From NCBI GenBank assembly GCA_002269645.1, contig NIVC01005000.1, forward strand, positions 1 to 28,828: DNA of 28,828 nucleotides. The letters are read 5' to 3'. The stretch is from Macrostomum lignano (Eukaryota). The stretch's first letter is position 1; every line of letters begins with the position of its first letter. A model generated the notes under the pieces. The model was not told where the DNA came from and did not search any database. It saw only the letters and a list, made by a program, of their open reading frames with translations. A program made the translations under genes and the position numbers. Positions 1-10,027 of this stretch are shown here, piece after piece.

Positions 1-461
1 ACGGGCCCATTATTTCAATTTCTAAGCTGTGGCATCTGACAGGATCATGTGATATGATTTTTGACACTAAACTTGCACATAGAAACTGGAGTACGAGCGT
101 ACTGGTGCGAGCGTATCGCCGGAACCGTGTGCTATACGAAGTACTATCTAGCATGTCTCAATCAAGGAGCTTTTTGTTCCTTAAAGCTATAGTCACTCGG
201 TGATATGGCTTCCGCTTCGGGCCTTATTGTACATACCTTAATCAAAGCTTTGAATGAATAATATTTGTTTAATTGAAAGCTGTAGTAAATTGAGAGACAA
301 GCCGGCCAGGTTCAGTCCAAGAACAACAAAATCAAACCCTCACACGAAGCGTGAGAATTGAGAGCACATGTACATAACATTCCTTTACTATTACTACTAA
401 TACCTGATTAAACAAATCAAATGCTTTTTTCATGGAGTTTATATGCTCGTAAAGTTTTTAG

Positions 462-646
462 GCGCCACTCTGGCCATGGCTGCCGCCTTCTCCTTCAGGT
501 GAACCTGCCAGCTCGATGTCGCCGTGGCTGCCAGCCAACAGCGCCCGACGCTGATCTGGTCCGGGTTGTTCAAGTTCCACCTCCAGAGCAGGCAGCGTGG
601 CGCCCAGGTCCGCGACTTCGACGCTGGGACCCGCAGCGAAGTAACC
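462..646 (+). other. Candidate coding exon (GATLAMAAAFSFR*TCQLDVAVAASQQRPTLIWSGLFKFHLQSRQRGAQVRDFDAGTRSE) with one in-frame TGA; weakly claudin/clarin-like
   Basis: GC-rich island in AT-rich DNA after a TTTTTAG acceptor (460-461); third codon positions in this frame are mostly G/C; TGA at 500-502; only a weak donor (GTAACC). Confidence 0.3.
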
Positions 647-1466
647 AGCCATTTTTATTTGTATTCTGTCCGATTGGCTTCTATTTTAGCTATAGCTATT
701 TCAGGTATATATAAATATTTTTCTATCCTTCCGTCTTTTCTTTCCCATTCTCTCCCTTTCCGCTGACCAAGCAGAAGAGAGAGAACAGAGGGAGCTGGAA
801 GAGCTGCCAATAAATGCCGACTTACATGTGTGCGAGCATCCAACCTGTTAGCCGTAATGCATGGCAGCGTTCCCCATTCCCTCAACGGCCGTTGCTGTTT
901 TAATGCTTTTAGGGTTAGAGAGGCAGCCAGATCAAGTCTGTCCTGCGACCCCCCCCCTACTCCCAAGTCACTAACTTGAGGACTATAGTATCACGGGTTT
1001 ATTTCATTGCCTACTTAGAAGAATATGAAGAATATGAAGATTAAGCGTTGAAAACGATTCCTCTCTAAACCTGGTACGAGCTAGCGTAAACCCCCCTCCG
1101 CGTTTTCTGACTCCCTTTCCCTCCTTCGCTTCCTTTCTCGCTACTCCCCTGTCAGCGTTTTGGAGTTGCTTTTCTGTCGCGTTTTTCCTGCCCGGCTGGC
1201 GGCCCGCCTCCCGGTTACCCTGTCTCTCTCTCGGCTTGTTTTTACTTTACCTCTTCTCTTCTCAATTTGGGGGCTTATTTTGCCCGGGTCGGTTTAGCAA
1301 ACTATCGCTGTATCTTTTTATTAACAGCAGCGTATTTGGGAAACTGCATCTCTCATACTGATTCTCTATTATAGAAGTGTATGGATTTGCATGTCTTTAA
1401 AGTCTCTGAGTTTTATTTCCAGCCGTGCATTTTCGGATGTTTTTTGAAAGTGAGGGAGCTAAATTT

Positions 1467-1544
1467 CACATTCCCTAAATCACAATTTCCCCAAGCTTGC
1501 ACATTCCCTAAATTGCACATTCCCTAAATTGCACATTCTCTAAA
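1467..1544. repeat. Short tandem repeat, 16-bp unit TTGCACATTCCCTAAA x3 plus a detached partial copy
   Basis: Copies at 1497, 1513 and 1529; partial copy at 1467-1480. Confidence 0.85.
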
Positions 1545-1660
1545 ATTCAGTTGATGCACCGTATTCAAGTAATACAACATACACTATTATACATGTATTG
1601 CTAGTTCAATCGACACTGTGGATCTGGCCATGTGGCATTTCTTGATACCTGGAATAGAGG

Positions 1661-1755
1661 TATAGACCGGAGCCAATCCCACAAATAGGACTGAAATTGA
1701 ACGTGTAGTTGTTTAAAAATTCGTTCCATTCTGAGCCTGAAGCTCCTGGTCTATA
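1661..1755. mobile_element. Tiny MITE-like element with about 14-bp terminal inverted repeats
   Basis: TATAGACCGGAGC (1661-1673) vs GCTCCTGGTCTATA (1742-1755), one indel; TA at both ends. Confidence 0.35.
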
Positions 1756-2438
1756 GGTAATTCTACTATTTCTTCACATTCCTTCCGAATTACAAAGTGC
1801 AAAAGTGTATTGATTTTTTAGAAAGTCTTGTATAGCTATTATTCAATCTGCTAATTTACTTCAACTTTCAAGCTGCCTGTACTTGACACGATGTTGCATA
1901 TCGATAAATAAAAAACGTCTAAAATTTTAAGGGGTAATCGAGCGAAATTTCCAAAAGCGCATTGCTAATCGATTGAAAACTGGCTAAATTAAGAGCTAAC
2001 TGTCTGATATACTCGGATCTCGTTCGAAAGTTATGGTGTACACTGTACTTACGATATGTCTTAACGTGCACAAATCTTTTGAACTCGAAATAGCTTTTTT
2101 ATGGACGTTACGAGCTCGTAACACACAAACGCAAAGTTTTGCTACTCCTGTTCGTTTGAAACAACCATTTAACTCTATTAAATTGCCAGCAATTCTCAGT
2201 ACAAATAGCTCGTACGAGCTACTACCCTGAATTTTAACAAGATGATGGCAATAAAAGAAAGGCAGAAAAGAAATAAACAGAGAGAAGACTTCGCGGTTTG
2301 GAAACAGCAAGAATACAGGAGTGTATATTCTTATCTGGAGAGCTGGTTTGTGTCTCTGTATCCGACGTTATTGCATCATTCTTCTCCATCGCAGTTTCTC
2401 CTGAAGATATATTAGTTTAAATAACTAAAAAACTAACG

Positions 2439-2878
2439 GTGGCTTCTCAACTTAATGAATTTCGTCCATCAAGCACCAATATCGATCCCAACGTCGCTAA
2501 TGGCGTCGATCGAAATGGTTCAGAAGATGAAGGAGGCTCAACATCTTTGACTTCATCGGCAGATCTAGGACACGGCAACGAAGTAGAAGACGATTCAAGA
2601 ACCGACGCAAATCGCGTCATCAACCCTGCCAGCATCCGTCTGAATCTTCATCTATAATAAGCTTGATGCAGTCAAACGACAGCGGATTTGGCAGCCTAAA
2701 TAACGAGGCCCTCGTCGCTGCCGCCGCCGCCGCCGCCGCCGCCGCCGCTTCTGTCTACTCTGAAGCAACTTCTACAGGTCAACAGGAGATGCAGCGTAAT
2801 AAAAATCTTGGCCATCAGGTTGTGCGCTACATAGCCAGGGACCGGCGGCAACAGCGAGCTTTGAATCCTCCTAATTGA
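2439..2878 (+). CDS. Unknown Ser/acidic protein exon, paralog 1 (about 146 aa after correcting one frameshift); contains DSGFGS and a poly-Ala tract
   Basis: Track ORFs 2439-2657 and 2663-2878 both align to ORF 10525-10944 (SLTSSxDLGHGxEVxD, NPAS, SNDSGF, basic C-terminus). Adding one C at ATCC(C)G (about 2636) joins them in frame. Confidence 0.65.
2720..2746 (+). repeat. (GCC)9 microsatellite encoding poly-Ala
   Basis: Directly visible; absent from the paralog at 10525-10944. Confidence 0.95.
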
Positions 2879-2936
2879 TTTCTGAATGTCCATCATATCT
2901 TGTTTTATACGAACTGAGACTATAAGTTACACTGCA

Positions 2937-3139
2937 TGTACTCATGTCAGCAACATTTAAAAGTCGCCACTCTATGCGCCGTAGTGAGCAGTTTCTCTTG
3001 GACTATTCTGAAAAAAATACGAGAAAACTGAGTTGCGTCACTCGCAAAGATTGAGAGACTTCACCTGCACTCACTCTCAAAAGTGGCGACCACAGACGGA
3101 ATCTTCTGTGATGGCGACTTTTTGATGTTTCTGAGTACA
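2937..3139. mobile_element. MITE-like element with imperfect about 30-bp terminal inverted repeats
   Basis: TGTACTCA..CAACATTTAAAAGTCGCCA (2937-2969) vs TGGCGACTTTTTGATGTTTCTGAGTACA (3112-3139); no coding capacity; no clear TSD. Confidence 0.5.
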
Positions 3140-3324
3140 CCTCTCACTATATTGGTTTTACGTTTCGACTATACGTTTTTTATTGATTAAATAGAAGACA
3201 GGTAGGTAGATTCAAAATCAATATTTTCTTGAGTTATCAAACGGGATCATTATTTTTATGTCATATTCAAATCGAACAAGGTTCCCCCTAGAAACATTCG
3301 GTCAACATTCGAGCTGCCTTTAAC

Positions 3325-3336
3325 GTTATGATGCTG
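3325..3336 (+). repeat. Left target-site duplication GTTATGATGCTG (right copy 9134-9145)
   Basis: Exact 12-bp direct repeat at the GC-content transition on both sides of the element. Confidence 0.9.
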
Positions 3337-3437
3337 GCCGGGGCTGTTGCCCCCAGGACCCCGGGTCCTGCACGTAATGGCGTGGTGAACTATCTGTGCA
3401 GTATGAGACTGGTATGGCCTTTATCCCAGCCAGCGAT

Positions 3438-3584
3438 GCTCACACCTGCCTCCCCTGGCGGGCTGATAGCTCAAGAGACTCTGTCTCCTGATTTTCACCT
3501 TGCAAGGCGCACTTCGAAGGGTACTCGTCCCGTGGGTGTTAAGGCAGGCCCCCTTGGGCCCTGCCGAGCTGATTCGTTGGCGCC
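3438..3584 (+). ncRNA. HDV-like self-cleaving ribozyme candidate in the retrotransposon 5' UTR
   Basis: P1 GCUCAC(3438-43)/GUGGGU(3532-37) with G.U at position 1; P2 CGAA(3515-18)/UUCG(3573-76) extended by GGCGC/GCGCC; P3 GGG(3519-21)/CCC(3529-31); L3 UACUCGU; P1.1 A3523-U3539 and C3524-G3538; P4 hairpin 3543-3565; J4/2 C-U-G-A with C3569 at the catalytic position. Folded by hand. Confidence 0.7.
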
Positions 3585-3810
3585 GGGTCCTGGTGTGACC
3601 ATAAACGCACCCTCTAATGTCCCAGTGTAACTCCGTGCTGATGGACGCTTGGCCAGGGAGTAGTCTGGTCGCTAACGGTTCCCCTTGCGCTTTTGGGTCC
3701 CCGCAGGGTGGTATTTTGCTTTTTGGGGGCCTGCCGCTTGGTTTGGGGTTGCGGCCTTGCGGCTCTTTGCCTGTGTTCTGCAGGAAGTCCCACCTTTTTA
3801 CTTCCAGCCA

Positions 3811-5326
3811 ATGGCTTCTAACCGAAGTAACAAACCGGCTGTGGATGACACAGTGCCTCCGGCCTCGGCTGGGGCCGTGGACTCCTCGGCCATACCACCT
3901 GCTACCATCGGGGCCTCGGCGAGACCCGTGGAGCCAACTCTGAGCGGTGCCTCCGAGAAGACACCTGCTACTCCAGCTGCTAAGAAACGCAGCACCACCT
4001 CTGGAGCTGCCCGCCGTCGACTTAACAAGGCGAGGCGGGCCAAGGAGGGCGGAAGCCAAACCGGTGCCAGGGGCCAACGGCCCGCGGCAGCGGAAGCTTC
4101 CCAGTCTGGGGCGGTGGCGGAAGAGGGCCTCGAGCCCACGGAAGCCCCTGCCCAGGATAGGGAGGCCGATGCAGCCGGGAGGGTGGACAGCCCACCTGAA
4201 GAAAGCTCCACTGACCCCCGGGCCTCCTACGCTGATGCGGCAAAGAGGCAACCGGCGGTTGTCATCCTGGGAAAGGACGCGCGCCTGTCTCCCGATCAGC
4301 TGAAGCAGGTGAGAAGTGCCGTTGATGGCCTCCTGTGGAAGCAAACTCTGAAGGGCACGCCTCTGAACATTCATTCGAATGCGACGAGGGACTCGTGCCT
4401 TCTCATTTGGCCCAGTGATGCTGACTCGGGTCGGCGGCTCCTTGAGCTGCTGCCCGAGCAGAGCTGGGACCTCAACCTAGCCTTCTGCAGAGAGGACGAG
4501 CGCCCCCGGACCAAGAGGCATCGAATCTGGGTCCCGGCCAGGAGCGTTGTTACCTCTGCTGACGAGCTCCGGAAAGGACTGCTAGCAGTCAACCGGGAGC
4601 TTCCCGCCGCGGGCCTAGTGGTGCATGACACCCTTAAGCGCACCGACGGCACTGGCTTCACAGCCATCCTGGGGCTGTCGGACGCCTGGATGAGGCGTTA
4701 TCCACACGGCAGCTTCATCAACGTCGGCCTTTGGAAGCTGCGCATCCGCTCCTACGAGGCCGACCCTCCCCGTGGCAGTGAGCAGGGCGGGCGGATGCGG
4801 AGGCGGCCGGGGCCGAGGCGCAAGCCTCTGCTCAGACTGCCAAAGCAAACCGCCCTGCCCGGCAGCACGGCCGCGCGGGCAAAGCTGAGCGCGCTGCTGA
4901 GGGCGGAGGCGACCGACGCCCGGCGCGTAGCACCAAGCGGCGCGGCCTGTACCAGCGTGCAGCTGAGGCAGTCCGTACCGCCAAAATCTCCAGCTGAGGC
5001 GAGAGGTCGCCGGGACGCCTAGGCGCACCAGTTCGTCCAGGGAGGGTGGGGACGTCCCAGCTGGGCCCAACCCCTCGGGGCAGGGCCGACTGGAGACGGA
5101 CCCGCCTGCCCAGGCGGCTGGCTGCTCCAGGGCATTGGGCCAATCTGAGGCGGAGGACCCCATGGATGGTGGGCAAAGGGCGGCGAACGCTGCCTACTGC
5201 CTTCCGGCCAATCGGGGGCCTTTTGCTGAAGAAGAGCCCATGGACACCGGCGACCCCGACCCGAAGCCGGTGAGCGCCGAGGAGGAGGAGGAACTCCTGG
5301 CGGCTGCAACATCCGATCTGCAATGA
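3811..5326 (+). CDS. Retrotransposon ORF1 (gag-like nucleic-acid-binding protein), about 505 aa after correcting two frameshifts
   Basis: First ATG at 3811; basic N-terminus (KKRSTTSGAARRRLNKARR), ASYADAAK motif and a globular middle part. One-base gaps at the G-run near 4790 and at TCC(C)AG near 4990 lead to the acidic tail ending at TGA 5324-5326. No CCHC knuckle seen. Confidence 0.8.
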
Positions 5327-8300
5327 TGCCAACGACTACCTGGTGTCTGCAGATCAACACCCAGCACTGCGTGGCGGCGTCGGTCAACCTGATGCGCACG
5401 GCAGAGCAACAGCTTCCGGGCCTGGTCTTCGTACAGGAGCCCTGGATGACTAAAGGTAAGCCAAATAATGTGCCATCTGGCTACCACTGTTTTTGCATGG
5501 CGGGCTCTCAGCCTCGCCCAAGATCTCTGGTCTTTGCTGCAAAAGCTTTTGAGGCATGGATGAGACCTGATCTCTCGACTGGGGACATCTGTGTTGTTCA
5601 AATCAATAACCTCATTCCCAATAAACCTGTGCTGGTAGCTTCTGCCTATTTCCCGGGCGATGCCCCAGTTGTCTGCGACGCGTTAGTCAACCTTACTGAC
5701 TATGCTGCGTCCCATCGGTTCGAGCTGCTCATTGCAGGGGATGTGAACGCACACCACCTGCATTGGGGCAGCAAGAACATCAATAGCAGAGGCGAGGAGC
5801 TGCTGGCCTATGTCAGCAGCACTAACCTCAACTTCTGTAACGTGGGCAATGCACCAACGTTCAATAATGGGCGGTGGGCCGAAGTCATCGACACCACCAT
5901 CGCCTCACCCGGACTGCTTTCCGCAGTTACGGGCTGGCGAGTGTGGGACGAGGACTCGCTCTCGGACCACCGCTTTATCCGCTTTTGCATTGGGCCGACC
6001 AAGCAAAAGCCTAAGGTCACTTGGAGTCGGAACGTCAGAAACACCGATTGGGCCGCCTTTGGCTCGAAGCTGAGCCGCGGCCTTCGGGATCTTGACCCCC
6101 CAGTGACCTCTCTGACTGCCAGGTGGTGGACGATCTCGCCTCCTCCCTGGGCGGGGCGATCACCACTGCCTTTGAAGCAGCCTGCCCCCTAAAGGCCTAT
6201 AAAGGCAAAAAATCTGCTCCCTGGTGGAACCCAGAGCTCGGGGCCCTTCGGCGCCGAGCCAGGACCCTCCAAAGGCGAGCGCTCAAAACCAAAGACCCAT
6301 CTGACAGAGAGGCCTATACCCGTGCGATCCACGAGTTTAAGGGCCAAGTCAGAAGGGCCAAGACGGCCAAGTGGCGCCAATATTGCGAAGGGCTTGAGGG
6401 CTCTCGCCCCGTAGCCCGCGTGGTTAAGGCACTCACTAATGACCGTTTTTCTAAACTCTCTGTTGTGAAGAGACCTGACGGCTCGGTCACAGAGAGTTCG
6501 GAAGAGACTCTAGAGCTCATGCTCAACAGTTTTTCCCTAAATCTCCGACTCAGCAGGGCCCGCCCGACCACACAGTGGGAGGGCAAGGCCTAGCAAAGTC
6601 TATGATCACCAAAGACCGCATTATTAGAGCGGCAAGGTCCTTTAACCCGTTCAAGGCGCCTGGGCCCGACGGCATCTACCCAGCGTTCTTGCACGAGGCG
6701 GTGAAAAACCACCGCTTCCTGGACCTGCTCTGTCGTCTCCTTCGAGCTTGTATGGAGCTGGGCTATGTACCAGTTGCATGGAGAGAGGCCCGGGTGGTCT
6801 TTATCCCCAAGCCTGGAAAGAGCGACTACCAATCGGTGAAGGCCTTCAGGCCTATCAGCCTCACTTCTTTCTGCCTCAAGCTCCTCGAGAGACTGGTGCT
6901 TTGGCGCCTACTTTCGGTCGAGCTGAAGCGCTTCCCATCTCGCAGAACCAGCACGCCTTCCGCGCGGCAGGTCAACCGAGAGTGCTCTCCATGTCATTGT
7001 TGACTTCCTGGAGAGGGCCGTTCTTGGCAGCGGCTTTGCCCTCTCGCTTTTCCTGGACATTGAGGGGGCCTTCGACAACGTCATCTTCGAGGCCTTTTGC
7101 AGAGCCCTGGAATCCAGGGCCACGCACCCTCACCTTGTCCGGTGGATCATGTTCATGATCCGAAACCGCACTGTTGTGGCCCACCTGAGCGGCAGCTCTC
7201 TTTCGGTGCCTGTCCTGAAAGGGGGCCCCAGGGCGGCGTTCTCACCCCCGTTCTCTGGAACATGGTCATGGATGAGTTGCTTTGCAGTGATCTCCACGAC
7301 CCCATTCTCAAGGTGGGCTATGCCGATGATGTGACCGCGATATGCGCGGGCCCCTCGGTTGATACCATCAGAGACCTTCTGCAGGGCTTTCTGGGACGAG
7401 CGGAGCGTTGGGCAGACCAATGTGGCCTTAGACTCTCAGAGTCGAAAACCACAGCAGTCATGTTTACCAACAAACTGCTCTGGACCATTAAGCCCCTCAC
7501 CCTCTATGGAAAGAATATTTCCATGGAGAAGCAGGTCCGCTGCCTGGGCCTCACTCTGGACCACAGGCTTAACTGGACTCCGCACATTCAAACTAAAGCC
7601 AAAAAAGCCCTGGCTGTACTGGCTCAGATCAGGCGCGCCGTGGGCACCACCTGGGGGCTCACCCCCAGGAAGCTGTGGTGGATTTACACTGCCATCATCC
7701 GCCCCTCGATCAGTTACGCCAGCCTCGTGTGGGCTAGCGGCCTGAGCGTCAAGAGCAACCTCGACGCTCTCTACAAAATCCAGGGCAGAGCCTGCCGCAT
7801 GACTATGGGCGCTCCACCCTCTACTCCTTTTGAAGGCATGAATGCCTTCCTCTGCGCCCCTCCTTTGGATATTTATATCAAAGGAGAGGCGGCGAAGAGC
7901 ACCCGGCGTCTTCTGGATGCTGGGGTGGCCTTCAAGAAAGTGCGGGCCTTTAAGAAGCGGTCGCTTATCCCGCACTCTGACCTCTGCCTCAAGGCTCTCG
8001 AGGAGTGTGGCGGGCTCAACATCCTCACGGACTCGATCCCAGCCACCCTTCTCCTGAGCCAAAGGTATAAGGTCACCATTCAGCCTCGACACGAGGCGAG
8101 TGACAGCTGGAGCGACTCTGAAGTCCACTGTTACACTGACGGCTCTATGAGGCATGGTCTTTCAGGCTTCGGAGCTTGCGTCTTCTTCAAGGGAGAAGTG
8201 GTGTGGAGCTACTCCCAGCACACTGGGCTCAACTCCAGTGTTTTTCAGAGCGAGGTGCTTGCCATCAGCTCCTGCGCGGCAGAGCTGCGCCGAAGGCAGC

Positions 8301-9022
8301 TTAGCGGCCGGAAATTTATTTTTCACTCTGACAGCCAAGCAGCCCTTCGGGCCCTCTGCCGCAGCACCGCCAGCTCCAGGTCCGTCCTGGACTGCAACAC
8401 CCAGCTCAACGGGCTTGCGCTAGGCAACCAGGTGGAGCTCAGATGGATCCCGGGCCACGCCGGCTTCCTCGGCAACGAGCGCGCTGACCTGCTGGCCAAG
8501 GCTGGCTCCGCCGGCGCGCTATTGGGGCCGGGCCCGGGTGCCCCCATCCCCGCCTCGGTGATCAATTCCCGCGTTAAGCGCTGGGCTGACTCCGAGCATC
8601 TCCGCAGGTGGCACGACACCCGGAATTGTAGGCAATCCCGTGCTGCCGTCCCCTGTCCCTCTCCTCTCCTGCGTAGAGCCCTCCTCAGGCTCAACCGCAG
8701 AGACCTCAGAGCAGTTAGCATGGCCCTCTCCGGGCATGGCTGCTTCTCTCGCCACCGCTTCCTTCAGGGCCAAGTACCCGAGGAGCGGTGCCCCTTCTGC
8801 CGCTCAGGCAGTGAAAACGCCGAGCATTTTATCTGCCACTGCCCGGTTTTCACCAGGGCCAGGCTTACTCACCTCGGGCCAAACCCGGTTCTCTCCGACG
8901 TTTGCAGGCCCGAGAGCATCCCACTGCTCGCCCGGTACCTCAGGGACACCGGACGAGCTGATTTCTTCCCCACCGTCGGTGAGGAGGACCGCGCTGCAGG
9001 CGAGACCGACGGGTCCCCCTGA
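5323..9022 (+). CDS. Retrotransposon ORF2: APE endonuclease - reverse transcriptase - RNase H - CCHC finger (1234 aa after correcting five frameshifts)
   Basis: APE motifs QINTQH, VQEPW, GDVNAHH, SDHRFI; RT motifs APGPDG, FRPISLTS, LDIEGAFD, PQGGVLTP, YADD; RNase H motifs YTDGS, FQSEVLAI, SDSQAAL, WIPGHAGFLGNERAD; finger CPFC-x8-HFICHC. Frameshifts near 6120, 6533, 6935, 6967 and 7228. Confidence 0.95.
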
Positions 9023-9505
9023 GCGACACCACTTCAACGGAAGTCGTTGGTCGCCAGGGGCTAGCGGAATGGGCGGTCTCCTCCGCCTCCTCGCTGCATC
9101 CGCCGGACGCCCCCTGCAGCTAAGTCAAGTCAAGTTATGATGCTGTCCCTCTATTCGCCTCTTGCTGTAATAGTCATTTCGCAGTTGCTAATATTTTTAC
9201 GTTGAATTACATTTTCATAGCTTTTTGACGTACGAGTATAAATTTGGTGCAGCCAAAGAGCCTCAAAGCGTCAGGACTTATTCGGAAGCTTGAGCATCTC
9301 TCTAAACCTGGAGGCCGTGCTTCATCACTAGTGGCATCACTGGCTGCCATGATCACATGATTTTCACTAGTTGCATTCATATTCCTGGAAGGTGGTCTTC
9401 TATATTCTAGATGTAGCTATACGTTTCTCGTATAGGATGACACTGCCCCAACGACTATTGATAGTAGCCAAAATAGAATATGTCTAAATTTGCTGGCAAT
9501 ATTGA

Positions 9506-9793
9506 GGGGCGGAGCAGCTTCAACGGTAAGCGCATCTGGCCCTCGCGTCAAACCTCCTGGTTCGAATCCGTGCGCAGGCCACAGTTACTTTGGGTCTTGT
9601 AAGCGAAAATTGAACGGGAGATTGTCGTGCGATTCACTCCCATGACGGCGAACCAACACGGCACAGCGAGTGTGCATGCCTGACGGTTAGAAAGTGAAGA
9701 CCGCTGTGCATGAGTGCGTGCCTGTGTACATGCACATGCGCACCTGTATGTGCTCAGGAGTCAGCGGAATGGGAACGCCCTGTTTACCAAAGC
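9506..9793 (+). mobile_element. tRNA-derived SINE, copy 1
   Basis: B box GGTTCGAATCC at 9559-9569 with an A-box-like AGCTTCAACGGTAAG upstream; body 9660-9770 aligns to 27081-27214. Confidence 0.75.
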
Positions 9794-10027
9794 CAGAAGG
9801 TCGGCAAACTTTTTACCGCCAGGGCCAGATGGAGAACCCAGCGCATGACTGCGGGTCAGAGGAGGGGAGAGAGGAGAGGGGAGATGAAATAAGAGAAGAG
9901 AGAGGAGGAAAGGGAGAGGAGAAGGGACACTAAGAAGAGACACAAACTTTGAGCGGGACGGATTACTATTGTGAAGTTTTAAAGGACCCTAGGGCATGTG
10001 GTTTGCCCTCGAGTTTGCCGACCCCTG
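9794..10027. mobile_element. hAT-type MITE inserted at the SINE 3' end
   Basis: TIRs CAGAAGGTCGGCAAACT / AGTTTGCCGACCCCTG; 8-bp TSD ACCAAAGC (9786-9793) / ACTAAAGC (10028-10035), one mismatch; purine-rich interior. Confidence 0.8.

Larger units (their letters stand above)
3337..9133 (+). mobile_element. Full-length non-LTR retrotransposon, I group, most like the LOA (Lian/Baggins-type) clade
   Basis: Two ORFs; ORF2 has APE, RT, RNase H and CCHC in that order; direct repeat GTTATGATGCTG at 3325-3336 and 9134-9145 (TSD); short (AAGTC)n tail. Clade assignment is from motif resemblance only. Confidence 0.95.

Noticed and set aside
500-502. Selenocysteine reading of the in-frame TGA
   Set aside because: No SECIS identified and no redox-motif context.
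3337-3462. Alternative HDV fold starting exactly at the TSD boundary (GCCGGGG 3337-43 pairing with CCCUGGC 3453-59)
   Set aside because: P1 and the following GG fit, but no canonical P3/L3 abuts it and no matching P2/J4/2 was found; the fold starting at 3438 satisfies all elements.
3421-9037. Minus-strand and alternative-frame ORFs inside the retrotransposon
   Set aside because: Shadows of GC-rich coding sequence; no recognisable motifs.
9506-9580. Functional tRNA genes at 9506 and 26941
   Set aside because: Neither gives a complete cloverleaf (no matching acceptor stem; D-arm deletion in the second), and both run into a shared SINE body.
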